DNA from: a virus
Strand: one strand, 5' to 3'
Length of the DNA stretch: 28,386 nt
IMG/VR virus record: IMGVR_UViG_3300045125_000165
Every line of letters begins with the position of its first letter. The first letter of the stretch is position 1. Of the stretch, positions 27,129 to 28,386 are shown one piece after another. A program made the translations under genes and the position numbers. Below the pieces are notes generated by a model, which saw nothing but the letters and a program-made list of their open reading frames with translations, was not told the origin of the DNA and did not search any database.

Positions 27129-27924
27129 TTTGCTTCCTTCTCTAGGGTGTATCTGTAGCTTTTGAAGCCAGTAAAGTTAGCGAATTGCTCACTGGTATCC
27201 ATCGCGATCGCTACGTGTTCAAATGGCGAAAAATGGGGCGGTTTAGAGTTGAGTAGGCGATCGTGTAGCGCGATGTCTGCTTTAGGGTCATCTTTCCCCT
27301 CGTGATTGAGATACGAAACCCTAGCGCACCTTCCTACAGAAATTTTAATTAAATCTCCTACAGTTGGAATTTCTTTGATTAAAGGAATATGCCACTCACC
27401 TGCATCTAATTGTTCAGGGGTGCTTTCCTCATAAGCCGCCTTCATCGCGTCAGCTAAGGCTCTGATTTCGGGCTGAGCATCAGAATGGCAACGTTGATTA
27501 AAAAAGTTCTGATAGTCGGTAGCGGTGCAGATAACAGTAATAGTTGAAAATGGCTCTAGCAAGCGATTGACGACTTGTTTGTGAATCCCCATTTCTGCAC
27601 CTATCTTTGCGAAGGAAATAGCATCCTCTCTAGCAGTCTTCCACCAAGCTTGAGCTTCTAGTAAAGCCTTCCCTTCTAGCTCTTCTTTGCGCTCATGCCT
27701 TTGCAATTGCGCCCCCAGTGCAAGGGATAGACTTCTTGGCTCTCAACTAGAGCGATCATCTTCTCTACAGGGATCGCACGACTGCTGCTACTATTTTTTG
27801 ATAGCATTCTATGGGTCATGAACTCTGAATGGATCATGCGATGGTAAGTTAAGACCATTGTAGTAAGGCGATCGCCCATCAGATTAACGCTATCAGCAAT
27901 GACTGTGGCTTGTGGTTGAAACAT
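27122..27924 (-). CDS. thyX: FAD-dependent thymidylate synthase ThyX (phage type), one indel near 27690
   Basis: RMIHSEFMTHRMLSKNSSSSRAIP, HKQVVNRLLEPF, NFFNQRCHSDAQPEI, GRCARVSY, HFSPFEH. Confidence 0.88.
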
Positions 27925-28190
27925 TATGCTTTCAATCTCCTGTTTCTTAAAATATTTTCGACTCGTTCCGCCATTTCCTTTGTCTCAACCGAAACAGCGC
28001 CTAACTTGATAGCTTGTTCACGTTTTGCCACTGTGATATCGTAGTGCGGTTGTATTCTATGGTTCTGAAACCATTCCTTTTTTAAACCTAGTTTGGCAGC
28101 AAAAGCGTGTAGTTCATTCAAATCATCGGCGACAAGGTGACACCATTTCTTGTTGCGCCATGAGTGGATAGGTTGATCAACGTAGATCAT
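27924..28190 (-). CDS. DUF4031 domain protein
   Basis: MIYVD...WCHLVADDLNELHAFAAKLGLKKEWFQ...HYDIT..KR..AIKLGA. Confidence 0.9.
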   Translation of the reverse strand: MIYVDQPIHSWRNKKWCHLVADDLNELHAFAAKLGLKKEWFQNHRIQPHYDITVAKREQAIKLGAVSVETKEMAERVENILRNRRLKA

Positions 28191-28386
28191 TTATTTTGCT
28201 CCCAAAATATCTGAACAGCAACAATACGCGCCTCAATACTGGTAGCTGACTCATTAATTGCAAAACCAGCTACATCATAGCTATACAGCAATCCAAGGCA
28301 AAGCAAATAAAGGGTTTAATATGTCTCAAACTGCTACAGAATGCTTAGAAATGCCAAAACGATTAGCTGTCACGGTTGTTGACACT

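Larger units (their letters stand above)
1..28386. mobile_element. Temperate cyanophage / prophage-like element, probably in excised (attP) form
   Basis: Integrase, attP, portal-like gene, muramidase, repressor, Dam/Dcm, primase-helicase, initiator with iterons, ThyX, and dense small overlapping ORFs. About 90 HIP1 sites indicate a cyanobacterial host. Confidence 0.9.

Noticed and set aside
28187-28386. Partial CDS at the right edge
   Set aside because: A minus-strand frame ends overlapping the DUF4031 start, but it is interrupted and too short to call.

Overview
28.4 kb of a temperate cyanophage-like element. The cyanobacterial HIP1 octamer GCGATCGC occurs about 90 times by manual count (roughly 1 per 300 bp), and there is an nblA homolog and cyanobacterial-type SSBs. 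From left to right: (1) a membrane module of several TM proteins, a membrane-anchored FtsK/SpoIIIE-type ATPase, an M23 peptidase, a degenerate HNH protein and a lambda-R-like muramidase; (2) a lone portal-like gene; (3) an apparently intact attP (3' half of tRNA-Thr(GGT), arm-type repeats on both sides, terminator) followed by a tyrosine integrase and a convergent excisionase-like gene; (4) a leftward immunity operon (HTH repressor plus a PAS-like protein); (5) a rightward early operon (Dam, a C5 MTase with a nested out-of-frame beta subunit, NblA, XRE regulators, PD-(D/E)XK exonuclease, SSB); (6) a long leftward replication and nucleotide-metabolism arm (second SSB, primase-DnaB fusion, HTH initiator with internal palindromic iterons, HAD phosphatase, DUF1653, ThyX, DUF4031). 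Many conserved genes are split by single-base indels, several at homopolymers or HIP1 sites, most likely long-read errors. The strongest leads are the FtsK/TraB-like translocase plus anchored wall-hydrolase module in a phage, HIP1 sites fused to ribosome-binding sites at gene junctions (with one apparent HIP1 recombination scar), and a PAS-like protein next to a repressor that lacks an autocleavage domain. All family assignments come from motif recognition by eye; no searches were run.
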